Origin: Escherichia coli
Lineage (GTDB): Bacteria > Pseudomonadota > Gammaproteobacteria > Enterobacterales > Enterobacteriaceae
Assembly: GCF_046105845.1 (NCBI RefSeq)
Contig: NZ_CP151004.1
Length of the DNA stretch: 64,000 bases
Direction: 5' to 3' (one strand)
Shown here: piece by piece, positions 1-11,144 of the stretch
How the letters are laid out: every line of letters starts with the position of its first letter
Position numbering within the stretch: position 1 is the stretch's first letter
Translations under genes and position numbers: made by a program
The notes under the pieces: model-generated
The model's input: the letters and a program-made list of their open reading frames with translations, nothing else
Told to the model about the DNA's origin: nothing
Databases searched by the model: none

Positions 1-1132
1 GCGCATCATGTCCGCCGTCAACCTGACGCCAGAAAATGGATTCTTTTATAGGGTGTAATTGCGCATACAGCGCCTGATTGGCCCGCATGATCATCGGCTC
101 GCGAATACCCGCTTCCAGCACAATGCGCAGACCTTCGGCGCTAACTTGACCAGCTTTAAGTTGCTCAAGTAAAACACCTTCTTGCTGCCCGCCCCGATGC
201 GGCCACCAGTACGATCCTGACTGGCTTAATACACAGCCAAAGCGTTCAGGCCAGTGCAGTCCGGCATACAGCGCGGACAGCCCACCAAAACTCTGCCCGG
301 CGACCACGGTGCGATCGGCGCGATCGCTAAAAGGGGCAATAGCTTTCACCAGGGGTAATAACTCTTGCTGTACTGCCAGCCAGAAATCCGCATTACACGG
401 CAGTTCGTGGGCGCGGTGCGTGGTGTCGATAGCGTCGATCAACACATACACGGCGGGAGGAAGTTGCTGACGATGGGTCAGCGAAGTCAGCACAGGCCAG
501 ACGGGCATACTCTGCGCCCAAAATTCACCATCAAGCAAAACTGCCAGCGGGCGTTCTTCTGCTGTTGCATCGCCGGTGGTAAAAATCCATACACGGCGTG
601 AATTTTTCAACCGTTCACTTTTCCAGATAATTTCTTTGGCAGGCGTTTCTGGCGCTTGCGGACAATCCCATCCCGGTTGCAGAGGCGCTTGCGGCATTTC
701 GAGTGCAGAAACAGCGTGCCCTCGCCCGCCTTTCCAGCTTTGTGGATTCAGCGGATCGGCTATCGCCTGGGGTAATAGTTTTCGCCAGCCTTCACGTAAT
801 TCGAGGCGATCGGGGGATGGTGCAGAAAAAATGTCATCGCGTTCGGTGGGAATAAAACAGTAGCTGCCGCGCCAGTTGGCATTAAGTTGTGTCGTCCACT
901 GCCAGACGTTGGTACCTGCAATTCGCTGCATCGACTGGGGCTGGCTGTTCTGATGGTGATCGGTCACACCAGTGATGTAGACCCATACGCGCTTTATCGT
1001 CGAGTATTCTTCAGAACCTTGGGGATCACGCCACCAGAAAGTGACCTCAAACATTTCGTCATTCAGACGCTGCCATTCCGGGCCATGTTTCGACTGCCAC
1101 CAGCTCTCACTTCCTACTTTTAACGCCGTCAC
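1..1132 (-). CDS. fes: Enterochelin (ferric enterobactin) esterase Fes; 3' end truncated by window start
   Basis: Minus-strand translation from GTG at 1130-1132 gives VTALKVGSESWWQSKHGPEWQ..., matching the Fes N-terminus; no stop before position 1; divergent from fepA across a Fur-box region. Confidence 0.8.
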   Translation of the reverse strand, partial: MTALKVGSESWWQSKHGPEWQRLNDEMFEVTFWWRDPQGSEEYSTIKRVWVYITGVTDHHQNSQPQSMQRIAGTNVWQWTTQLNANWRGSYCFIPTERDDIFSAPSPDRLELREGWRKLLPQAIADPLNPQSWKGGRGHAVSALEMPQAPLQPGWDCPQAPETPAKEIIWKSERLKNSRRVWIFTTGDATAEERPLAVLLDGEFWAQSMPVWPVLTSLTHRQQLPPAVYVLIDAIDTTHRAHELPCNADFWLAVQQELLPLVKAIAPFSDRADRTVVAGQSFGGLSALYAGLHWPERFGCVLSQSGSYWWPHRGGQQEGVLLEQLKAGQVSAEGLRIVLEAGIREPMIMRANQALYAQLHPIKESIFWRQVDGGHDA

Positions 1133-1179
1133 ACCATAACCCCATGTTTACTGTGCAATTTTTTATTGATTGCAGAAAT

Positions 1180-1210
1180 ATATTGATAATATTATTGATA
1201 ACTATTTGCA
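1180..1210. promoter_or_regulatory. Fur box(es) in the fes-fepA bidirectional promoter region
   Basis: ttgataatattattgataactatttgc resembles the Fur consensus GATAATGATAATCATTATC; lies between divergent iron-uptake genes. Confidence 0.6.
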
Positions 1211-1374
1211 TTTGCAATAGCGTAATGGCGCGCCGTGGGAAGCGCGGACATTAATTAACCAACTGCACTGCGTGTCTTTCAGGATCAAAGGTTTTCGCGG
1301 TAGCGGGATGCGTCGTGTTGATGACGACCATGCCCGACAGTTGCAATTCGTGGCAAAAATGCAGGAATAAAACA

Positions 1375-3615
1375 ATGAACAAGAAGATTCATTCCCTGGC
1401 CTTGTTGGTCAATCTGGGGATTTATGGGGTAGCACAGGCACAAGAGCCAATCGATACTCCTGTTTCACATGACGATACCATTGTCGTTACCGCCGCCGAG
1501 CAGAACTTGCAGGCACCTGGCGTTTCGACCATCACCGCAGATGAAATCCGCAAAAACCCGGTTGCCCGCGATGTGTCGGAGATCATCCGTACCATGCCAG
1601 GCGTTAACCTGACCGGTAACTCCACCAGTGGTCAGCGTGGTAATAACCGCCAGATTGATATTCGCGGCATGGGTCCGGAAAACACGCTGATTTTGATTGA
1701 CGGCAAGCCGGTAAGCAGCCGTAACTCGGTGCGTCAGGGCTGGCGTGGCGAGCGCGATACCCGTGGTGATACCTCCTGGGTGCCACCTGAAATGATTGAA
1801 CGTATTGAAGTTCTGCGTGGTCCGGCAGCTGCGCGTTATGGCAACGGCGCGGCGGGCGGCGTGGTTAACATCATTACCAAAAAAGGCAGTGGTGAGTGGC
1901 ACGGCTCGTGGGACGCATATTTCAATGCGCCAGAACATAAAGAGGAAGGTGCCACCAAACGCACTAACTTTAGCCTCACCGGTCCGCTGGGCGACGAATT
2001 CAGCTTCCGCTTGTATGGCAACCTCGACAAAACTCAGGCTGACGCGTGGGATATCAACCAGGGCCATCAGTCCGCGCGTGCCGGAACGTATGCCACGACG
2101 TTACCAGCCGGGCGCGAAGGGGTAATTAACAAAGATATTAATGGCGTGGTGCGCTGGGACTTCGCGCCTCTGCAATCACTCGAACTGGAAGCGGGCTACA
2201 GCCGCCAGGGTAACCTGTATGCGGGCGACACCCAGAACACCAACTCTGACTCCTATACCCGCTCGAAATATGGCGATGAAACCAACCGTCTGTATCGCCA
2301 GAACTACTCGCTGACATGGAACGGCGGCTGGGATAACGGCGTGACCACCAGCAACTGGGTGCAGTACGAACACACCCGTAACTCGCGTATTCCGGAAGGT
2401 CTGGCGGGCGGTACCGAAGGGAAATTTAACGAAAAAGCGACACAGGATTTCGTCGATATCGATCTCGATGACGTGATGCTGCACAGCGAAGTTAACCTGC
2501 CGATTGATTTCCTCGTTAACCAGACGCTGACGCTGGGTACGGAGTGGAATCAGCAGCGGATGAAGGATTTAAGTTCCAACACCCAGGCGCTGACCGGAAC
2601 GAATACCGGTGGCGCTATTGATGGCGTGAGTGCCACCGACCGTAGCCCGTATTCAAAAGCAGAAATTTTCTCGCTGTTTGCCGAAAACAACATGGAGCTG
2701 ACTGACAGCACCATCGTAACGCCGGGGCTGCGTTTCGATCATCACAGTATTGTCGGCAATAACTGGAGCCCGGCGCTGAACATATCGCAAGGTTTAGGCG
2801 ATGACTTCACGCTGAAAATGGGCATTGCCCGTGCTTATAAAGCGCCGAGTCTGTACCAGACTAACCCGAACTACATTCTCTACAGTAAAGGTCAGGGCTG
2901 CTATGCCAGCGCGGGCGGCTGCTATCTGCAAGGTAACGATGACCTGAAAGCGGAAACCAGCATCAACAAAGAGATTGGTCTGGAGTTCAAACGCGACGGC
3001 TGGCTGGCGGGCGTCACCTGGTTCCGTAACGATTATCGCAATAAGATTGAAGCGGGCTATGTGGCTGTAGGGCAAAACGCAGTCGGCACCGATCTCTATC
3101 AGTGGGATAACGTGCCGAAAGCGGTGGTTGAAGGTCTGGAAGGATCGTTAAACGTACCGGTTAGCGAAACGGTGATGTGGACTAATAACATCACTTATAT
3201 GCTGAAGAGTGAAAACAAAACCACGGGCGACCGTTTGTCGATCATCCCGGAGTATACGTTGAACTCAACGCTGAGCTGGCAGGCACGAGAAGATTTGTCG
3301 ATGCAAACGACCTTCACCTGGTACGGTAAGCAGCAGCCGAAGAAGTACAACTATAAAGGTCAGCCAGCGGTTGGCCCGGAAACCAAAGAAATCAGTCCTT
3401 ACAGCATTGTGGGTCTGAGCGCGACCTGGGATGTGACGAAGAATGTCAGTCTGACCGGCGGCGTGGACAACCTGTTCGACAAACGTTTGTGGCGTGCGGG
3501 TAATGCCCAGACCACGGGCGATCTGGCAGGGGCCAACTATATCGCCGGTGCCGGGGCGTATACCTATAACGAGCCGGGACGTACGTGGTATATGAGCGTA
3601 AACACCCACTTCTGA
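1375..3615 (+). CDS. fepA: TonB-dependent outer membrane ferric enterobactin receptor FepA (746 aa)
   Basis: ORF 1315..3615; product starts MNKKIHSLALLVNLGIYGVAQA (signal peptide), has a TonB box-like DDTIVVTA and C-terminal ...YMSVNTHF; start placed at the internal ATG 1375. Confidence 0.93.
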   Translation: MNKKIHSLALLVNLGIYGVAQAQEPIDTPVSHDDTIVVTAAEQNLQAPGVSTITADEIRKNPVARDVSEIIRTMPGVNLTGNSTSGQRGNNRQIDIRGMGPENTLILIDGKPVSSRNSVRQGWRGERDTRGDTSWVPPEMIERIEVLRGPAAARYGNGAAGGVVNIITKKGSGEWHGSWDAYFNAPEHKEEGATKRTNFSLTGPLGDEFSFRLYGNLDKTQADAWDINQGHQSARAGTYATTLPAGREGVINKDINGVVRWDFAPLQSLELEAGYSRQGNLYAGDTQNTNSDSYTRSKYGDETNRLYRQNYSLTWNGGWDNGVTTSNWVQYEHTRNSRIPEGLAGGTEGKFNEKATQDFVDIDLDDVMLHSEVNLPIDFLVNQTLTLGTEWNQQRMKDLSSNTQALTGTNTGGAIDGVSATDRSPYSKAEIFSLFAENNMELTDSTIVTPGLRFDHHSIVGNNWSPALNISQGLGDDFTLKMGIARAYKAPSLYQTNPNYILYSKGQGCYASAGGCYLQGNDDLKAETSINKEIGLEFKRDGWLAGVTWFRNDYRNKIEAGYVAVGQNAVGTDLYQWDNVPKAVVEGLEGSLNVPVSETVMWTNNITYMLKSENKTTGDRLSIIPEYTLNSTLSWQAREDLSMQTTFTWYGKQQPKKYNYKGQPAVGPETKEISPYSIVGLSATWDVTKNVSLTGGVDNLFDKRLWRAGNAQTTGDLAGANYIAGAGAYTYNEPGRTWYMSVNTHF

Positions 3616-3654
3616 TGCTAACGTCAGATTGTTGACAAAGTGCGCGTCGTTCAT

Positions 3655-3752
3655 GCCGGATGCGGCGTGAACGCCTTATCAGGCCTACAAAAATCTTGTC
3701 AATTCAATATATTGCAGGACCACGTAGGCCTGATAAGCGTAGCGCATCAGGC
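3655..3752. repeat. BIME: pair of inverted REP elements
   Basis: gccggatgcggcgtgaacgccttatcaggcctac ... gtaggcctgataagcgtagcgcatcaggc, the typical REP palindromic unit in the fepA-entD intergenic region. Confidence 0.8.
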
Positions 3753-3780
3753 AGTTTTGCGTTTGTCATCATTCTCTAAT

Positions 3781-4410
3781 ATGGTCGACATGAAAACTAC
3801 GCATACCTCCCTCCCCTTTGCAGGACATACGCTGCATTTTGTTGAGTTTGATCCGGCGAGTTTTCGCGAGCAGGATTTACTCTGGCTGCCACACTACGCA
3901 CAACTGCAACACGCTGGACGTAAACGTAAAACAGAGCATTTAGCTGGACGGATCGCTGCTGTTTATGCCTTGCGGGAATATGGCTATAAATATGTGCCCG
4001 CTATCGGCGAGCTACGCCAACCTGTGTGGCCTGCGGAGGTATACGGCAGTATTAGCCACTGCGGGACTACGGCATTAGCCGTGGTATCTCGTCAACCGAT
4101 TGGCATTGATATCGAAGAGATTTTCTCTGTACAAATCGCAAGAGAATTGACAGACAACATTATTACACCAGCAGAACACGAGCGACTCGCAGAATGCGGT
4201 TTAACCTTTTCTCTGGCGCTGACACTGGCATTTTCCGCCAAAGAGAGCGCATTTAAGGCAAGCAAGATACAGGCCGCTCAAGGTTTTCTGGATTATCAGA
4301 TAATTAGCTGGAATAAACAGCGGATCATCATTCGACTAGAGGATGAGCAGTTTGCTGTGCACTGGCATATAAAAGAAAAGATAGTCATAACGCTGTGCCA
4401 ACACGATTAA
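3781..4410 (+). CDS. entD: Enterobactin synthase 4'-phosphopantetheinyl transferase EntD (209 aa)
   Basis: Within ORF 3640..4410; start placed at ATG 3781 (MVDMKTTHTSLPFAGHTLHF...), giving 209 aa; immediately downstream of fepA as in E. coli. Confidence 0.85.
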   Translation: MVDMKTTHTSLPFAGHTLHFVEFDPASFREQDLLWLPHYAQLQHAGRKRKTEHLAGRIAAVYALREYGYKYVPAIGELRQPVWPAEVYGSISHCGTTALAVVSRQPIGIDIEEIFSVQIARELTDNIITPAEHERLAECGLTFSLALTLAFSAKESAFKASKIQAAQGFLDYQIISWNKQRIIIRLEDEQFAVHWHIKEKIVITLCQHD

Positions 4411-4531
4411 TTGACAACTTCTGGTACGATTCGCCCGCAGCCATTGCTGACCGCGGGCGAAAGTGTAAAGCAGGTGCCTTACCATCCTGACCTGACAACC
4501 GGATATGCGGGGATTGCTCCCAACACAACGG

Positions 4532-4684
4532 CTACTTCTTCGGTTCGTAAGCGAGAACAGCCTTAAACTCAATATTACGTTCCTTCACCGTAAACTCACA
4601 CAGCGAGTCTCCGACCAGAAGCGTAAATCCCAGCACCGTTAAACACAGCACTATGACTGCCACAAGGGCATATTTCGTCAGCAT
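4532..4684 (-). CDS. hokE: Hok family host-killing membrane toxin (50 aa), copy 1
   Basis: [50 protein letters not shown]; small hydrophobic Hok-type peptide; start placed at the internal ATG of ORF 4532..4720. Confidence 0.85.
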   Translation of the reverse strand: MLTKYALVAVIVLCLTVLGFTLLVGDSLCEFTVKERNIEFKAVLAYEPKK

Positions 4685-4784
4685 GTTTATATTGCCTCCA
4701 TGCGAAGAAGGGACTACCATCCAAATTGTTCAGGTTTGGGTAGGTAGCCCCAGGGTTGATAGAAATATCGTCCTGGGGCTTCAT
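4596..4784 (-). CDS. mokE: mok (modulation of killing) reading frame overlapping hok, copy 1
   Basis: 62-aa ORF in a different frame overlapping the hok 5' region, the canonical hok/mok arrangement; conserved in copy 2. Confidence 0.55.
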   Translation of the reverse strand: MKPQDDISINPGATYPNLNNLDGSPFFAWRQYKHADEICPCGSHSAVFNGAGIYASGRRLAV

Positions 4785-5035
4785 CTTTCCAGACCTCAGA
4801 GTTAACCTGAAACCGGAAAGCTTCAGGCACCCGCCGTTATCTTACCCTTCCTCAGCAAAATAGCTGTTTATTTATACAGTGAATCCTGTTTCGGACTTCT
4901 GTTGGCAAAACTGATCATTGCCCTTAAAACGACATCGCCCGCAGCCATTGCTGACCGCGGGCGAAAGTGTAAAACAGGTGCCTTACCACCCTGACCTGAC
5001 AACCGGATATGCGGGGATTACTCCCCGCACAACGG

Positions 5036-5188
5036 CTACTTCTTCGGTTCGTAAGCGAGAACAGCCTTAAACTCAATATTACGTTCCTTCACCGTAAACT
5101 CACACAGCGAGTCTCCGACCAGAAGCGTAAATCCCAGCACCGTCAAACACAGCACTATGACTGCCGCAAGGGCATATTTCGTCAGCAT
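5036..5188 (-). CDS. hokE: Hok family toxin (50 aa), copy 2 (V8A relative to copy 1)
   Basis: [50 protein letters not shown]. Confidence 0.85.
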   Translation of the reverse strand: MLTKYALAAVIVLCLTVLGFTLLVGDSLCEFTVKERNIEFKAVLAYEPKK

Positions 5189-5288
5189 GTTTATATTGCC
5201 TCCATGCGAAGAAGGGACTACCATCCAAATTGTTTGGGTTTGGAGTGGCAGCCCCAGGGTTGATAGAAATATCGTCCTGGGGCTTCAT
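5100..5288 (-). CDS. mokE: mok reading frame overlapping hok, copy 2
   Basis: 62-aa ORF with 3 substitutions relative to the copy 1 mok; same overlap geometry. Confidence 0.55.
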   Translation of the reverse strand: MKPQDDISINPGAATPNPNNLDGSPFFAWRQYKHADEICPCGSHSAVFDGAGIYASGRRLAV

Positions 5289-5622
5289 CTTTCCAGACCT
5301 CAGAGTTAACCTGAAACCGGAAAGCTTCAGGCACCCGCCGTTATCTTACCCTTCTTCAGCAAAATGGCTGTTTATTTATACAGTGAGTCCTGTTTCGGAC
5401 TTCTCAATCCTCATTTGATCAACTGAAGCTGAACCCGTTTTTTTTCTGCATGCCTCAATCGTCAAAATTCTTCGCCACCAGTCCGCACTGCCATAACTTG
5501 TCATATTGCAAAATGTAGCCAATTTGCTTCAGTCACCATCATCAAAAAAAGAAACATTCCAGAACTTCCGCATCTCGCCCAGTCGCTCCCACTTCTATAC
5601 TGAATAGAAAACGCCAACATAA

Positions 5623-6750
<1,128 letters not shown>

Positions 6751-6815
6751 GCCGGGAATTGCCTTACAGAAGAATATCCCTGACAATGGTGTTTTAACTT
6801 ACATTTAACAATGTT

Positions 6816-7064
6816 ATGAAACACCCTTTAGAAACCTTGACCACCGCAGCAGGCATTTTGCTGATGGCTTTCCTTTCTTGCCTGCTGCTGCCCGCCCCCG
6901 CACTGGGGCTGACGCTGGCACAAAAACTGGTGACCATGTTCCATCTGATGGATCTTAGCCAGCTTTACACTTTATTGTTTTGTCTGTGGTTTTTAGTGCT
7001 GGGCGCTATTGAGTATTTTGTTCTGCGCTTTATCTGGCGACGCTGGTTCTCGCTGGCGGATTAA
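6816..7064 (+). CDS. ybdJ: Small inner membrane protein YbdJ (82 aa)
   Basis: ORF 6816..7064, hydrophobic 82-aa product; synteny. Confidence 0.8.
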
Positions 7065-7128
7065 ACGTCGATTATCGCCGAACTTCGCGGCATACTTTGC
7101 TTATTCTCCTTCGCCTAAAGGAACGTTT

Positions 7129-7497
7129 ATGGATAAGCAATCACTGCACGAAACGGCGAAACGCCTGGCCCTTGAGTTACCCTTTGTCGAGCTTTGCTGG
7201 CCTTTTGGCCCGGAGTTCGATGTTTTTAAAATTGGCGGCAAGATTTTTATGCTGTCGTCGGAGCTGCGCGGCGTCCCCTTTATCAATCTGAAGTCCGATC
7301 CACAAAAATCCCTGTTAAATCAGCAAATATACCCGAGCATCAAGCCAGGGTATCACATGAATAAAAAGCACTGGATTTCAGTGTATCCCGGCGAGGAAAT
7401 CTCCGAAGCGTTACTTCGCGATCTGATCAACGATTCGTGGAATCTGGTGGTTGATGGTCTGGCTAAACGCGATCAAAAAAGAGTGCGTCCAGGCTAA
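7129..7497 (+). CDS. ybdF: YbdF (MmcQ/YjbR-like DNA-binding fold protein), 122 aa
   Basis: Start placed at ATG 7129 ([19 protein letters not shown]...) inside the longer ORF 7009..7497, which overlaps ybdJ. Confidence 0.8.
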
Positions 7498-7590
7498 AGC
7501 GGGAATCTATAGCGCATTTTTCTCGCTTACCATTTTTCGTTGAACCTTGTAATCTGCTGGCACGCAAAATTACTTTCACATGGAGTCTTT

Positions 7591-8244
7591 ATGGATATCA
7601 TTTCTGTCGCCTTAAAGCGTCATTCCACTAAGGCATTTGATGCCAGCAAAAAACTTACCCCGAAACAGGCCGAGCAGATCAAAACTCTCCTGCAATACAG
7701 CCCATCCAGTACCAACTCCCAGCCGTGGCATTTTATTGTTGCCAGCACGGAAGAAGGTAAAGCGCGTGTTGCCAAATCCGCTGCCGGTAATTACGTGTTC
7801 AACGAGCGTAAAATGCTTGATGCCTCGCACGTTGTGGTGTTCTGTGCAAAAACCGCGATGGACGATGCCTGGCTGAAGCTGGTTGTTGACCAGGAAGATG
7901 CCGATGGCCGCTTTGCCACGCCAGAAGCGAAAGCCGCGAACGATAAAGGTCGCAAGTTCTTCGCTGATATGCACCGTAAAGATCTGCATGATGATGCGCA
8001 GTGGATGGCAAAACAGGTTTATCTCAACGTCGGTAACTTCCTGCTCGGCGTGGCGGCTCTGGGTCTGGACGCGGTACCCATCGAAGGTTTTGACGCCGCC
8101 ATCCTCGATGAAGAATTTGATCTGAAAGAGAAAGGCTACACCAGTCTGGTGGTTGTTCCGGTGGGTCATCACAGCGTTGAAGATTTTAACGCTACGCTGC
8201 CGAAATCTCGTCTGCCGCAAAACATTACCTTAACCGAAGTGTAA
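7591..8244 (+). CDS. nfsB: Oxygen-insensitive NAD(P)H nitroreductase NfsB (217 aa)
   Basis: [23 protein letters not shown]...; start at ATG 7591 within ORF 7540..8244. Confidence 0.93.
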   Translation: MDIISVALKRHSTKAFDASKKLTPKQAEQIKTLLQYSPSSTNSQPWHFIVASTEEGKARVAKSAAGNYVFNERKMLDASHVVVFCAKTAMDDAWLKLVVDQEDADGRFATPEAKAANDKGRKFFADMHRKDLHDDAQWMAKQVYLNVGNFLLGVAALGLDAVPIEGFDAAILDEEFDLKEKGYTSLVVVPVGHHSVEDFNATLPKSRLPQNITLTEV

Positions 8245-8303
8245 TTCTCCCTTGCCGGGCATCTGCCCGGCTATTTCCCCTCAGATTCTCCTGATTTGCA
8301 TAA

Positions 8304-9599
<1,296 letters not shown>

Positions 9600-9601
9600 T
9601 T

Positions 9602-9645
9602 AAAAAAACCGCTCTCATCGAATGGATGAGAGCGGACATCGTTTT
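9602..9645. terminator. Bidirectional rho-independent terminator between convergent ybdG and pheP
   Basis: Hairpin ccgctctcatc-gaatg-gatgagagcgg flanked by an A-tract and a T-tract. Confidence 0.7.
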
Positions 9646-9666
9646 GTCGGATGTAGCGTGAATGCC

Positions 9667-11043
9667 TTATTTCCGACGCAGCGTTTTAAACGCTACAAAC
9701 AGGAATACAATCCACACTGGCAGCAGAATCGCTGACAAGCGCATATCATCCATCGTGCACATCAGCAGCAAAATCATGCCGAGGAAGGCGATGCAGAGAT
9801 AGTTGCCGAACGGATAGAGCAGCGCCTTAAACTGTGTTTCACGTCCCTGACGTCGCATCGCCGCGCGAAAACGCAGATGCGCCAGGCAGATCATAATCCA
9901 GTTCAACAGCAGCGTTGCTACCACCAGCGCCATCAGCAGACCAAACGCTTTTTGCGGCAGCAGATAGTTGATTAACACCACCAGCGAAGTGATGGCTCCG
10001 GAAAGCATCAGCGAGTTAATCGGCACGCCGCGACGGCTGACGCGAGTCAAAAACTTCGGTGCATTACCCTGCACAGAAAGGCCAAACAGCATCCGACTGT
10101 TAGAGTAAACCCCGCTGTTATACACCGATAATGATGCTACCAGAATGACGAAGTTCAGCGCAGAAGCTACCACGTTGCTGTCGAGATTATGGAAAATCAT
10201 CACAAACGGGCTACTGTTGGATTTCACTTCCACCCACGGATAGAGTGCCAGTAAAACCACCAGTGAACCGATATAAAACAGCAGGATTCGATACACCACC
10301 TGATTCACTGCTTTCGGGATGCTTTTTTCCGGATCGCGCGCTTCAGCCGCAGTAATCCCAATCAGCTCCAGACCGCCGAAGGAGAACATAATTACCGCCA
10401 GCGACAAAATCAGCCCATTCCAGCCGGTGGCGAAGAAACCACCGTAGCGCCAGAGGTTGTCGATACTGGCTTTCTCGCCGCCGTGACCAGAAAACAGCAG
10501 CCACAGGCCAAAGCCGATCATACCGATGATTGCCAGCACTTTAATCAGCGCAAACCAGAACTCGGTTTCGCCATATAAGCGCACGTTCACCAGGTTAACG
10601 GCGTTGATGATAATAAAGAAGGCGGCAGCCCAAATCCACGTTGGAACATCCGGGAACCAGTACTGCATATAGATGCCCGCAGCGGTCAGCTCTGCCATTC
10701 CCACCAGCACGAACATTACCCAGTAGTTCCAGCCAGAGAGGAAGCCCGCAAACGGTCCCCAGTATTTATAGGCAAAGTGGGCAAATGAACCGGATACCGG
10801 CTCTTCGACCACCATCTCGCCGAGCTGGCGCATAATCAGGAAAGCGATGATCCCGGCGACGCCGTAGCCCAGCAATACAGCCGGACCCGCCATCTGAATC
10901 GCCGGGCCAATGCCAAGAAACAGACCAGTACCAATTGCGCCACCCAGCGCAATCAGTTGAATATGACGGTTATGTAATCCGCGATGAAGCGTCGGCTCTT
11001 GATTCGACGCAGTATCTTCCGATACGGTTGACGCGTTTTTCAC
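9667..11043 (-). CDS. pheP: Phenylalanine-specific APC family permease PheP (458 aa, GTG start)
   Basis: Product ...KNASTVSEDTASNQEPTLHRGL...; start placed at GTG (plus-strand cac 11041-11043) to match the known MKNAS... N-terminus. Confidence 0.9.
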   Translation of the reverse strand: MKNASTVSEDTASNQEPTLHRGLHNRHIQLIALGGAIGTGLFLGIGPAIQMAGPAVLLGYGVAGIIAFLIMRQLGEMVVEEPVSGSFAHFAYKYWGPFAGFLSGWNYWVMFVLVGMAELTAAGIYMQYWFPDVPTWIWAAAFFIIINAVNLVNVRLYGETEFWFALIKVLAIIGMIGFGLWLLFSGHGGEKASIDNLWRYGGFFATGWNGLILSLAVIMFSFGGLELIGITAAEARDPEKSIPKAVNQVVYRILLFYIGSLVVLLALYPWVEVKSNSSPFVMIFHNLDSNVVASALNFVILVASLSVYNSGVYSNSRMLFGLSVQGNAPKFLTRVSRRGVPINSLMLSGAITSLVVLINYLLPQKAFGLLMALVVATLLLNWIMICLAHLRFRAAMRRQGRETQFKALLYPFGNYLCIAFLGMILLLMCTMDDMRLSAILLPVWIVFLFVAFKTLRRK

Positions 11044-11144
11044 GCCTTTCCCCTGTGTGTCTTTTTTGTTGAGGGGCACCTTTTAACATTTAGTGCCCAT
11101 CGTCGCAAGACACAATCCACACGGTTAAACCGGGTATCCTGCTT

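Larger units (their letters stand above)
4431..4902. repeat. hok/mok (hokE-like) type I toxin-antitoxin unit, tandem copy 1 (~472 bp)
   Basis: Region 4431-4902 is about 96% identical to 4935-5406 (period 504 bp); contains hok and overlapping mok ORFs on the minus strand; a sok-like antisense RNA is expected on the plus strand near the mok start but was not mapped. Confidence 0.85.
4935..5406. repeat. hok/mok (hokE-like) type I toxin-antitoxin unit, tandem copy 2
   Basis: Direct repeat of 4431-4902 with about 20 substitutions; the two copies are separated by a 32-bp unique junction (4903-4934). Confidence 0.85.

Noticed and set aside
365-1123. Three plus-strand ORFs (78-95 aa) at the window start
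   Set aside because: They lie antisense to fes, whose minus-strand frame reads through this whole region and matches the Fes N-terminus.
4760-4830. Precise sok antisense RNA coordinates for the hok copies
   Set aside because: A sok gene is expected on the plus strand overlapping the mok start, but I could not identify a convincing -35/-10 pair and terminator, so no coordinates are reported.
5009-5263. 84-aa plus-strand ORF within hok/mok copy 2
   Set aside because: Antisense to hok/mok and not conserved as an ORF in copy 1 (no equivalent in the ORF track); likely coincidental. The real antisense product there is expected to be a non-coding sok RNA.
4431-5406. Possible CRISPR array or IS element, given the direct repeats
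   Set aside because: Only two ~470-bp copies, each encoding hok/mok; no short repeat-spacer periodicity, no cas genes, no transposase or terminal inverted repeats.
7009-7497. 162-aa version of ybdF starting at 7009
   Set aside because: The extension overlaps the 3' end of ybdJ; the internal ATG at 7129 gives the 122-aa product with the known [11 protein letters not shown]... N-terminus.
7612-8220. 202-aa minus-strand ORF overlapping nfsB
   Set aside because: Antisense to nfsB, with no RBS context and an unrecognisable product; nfsB is the real gene.
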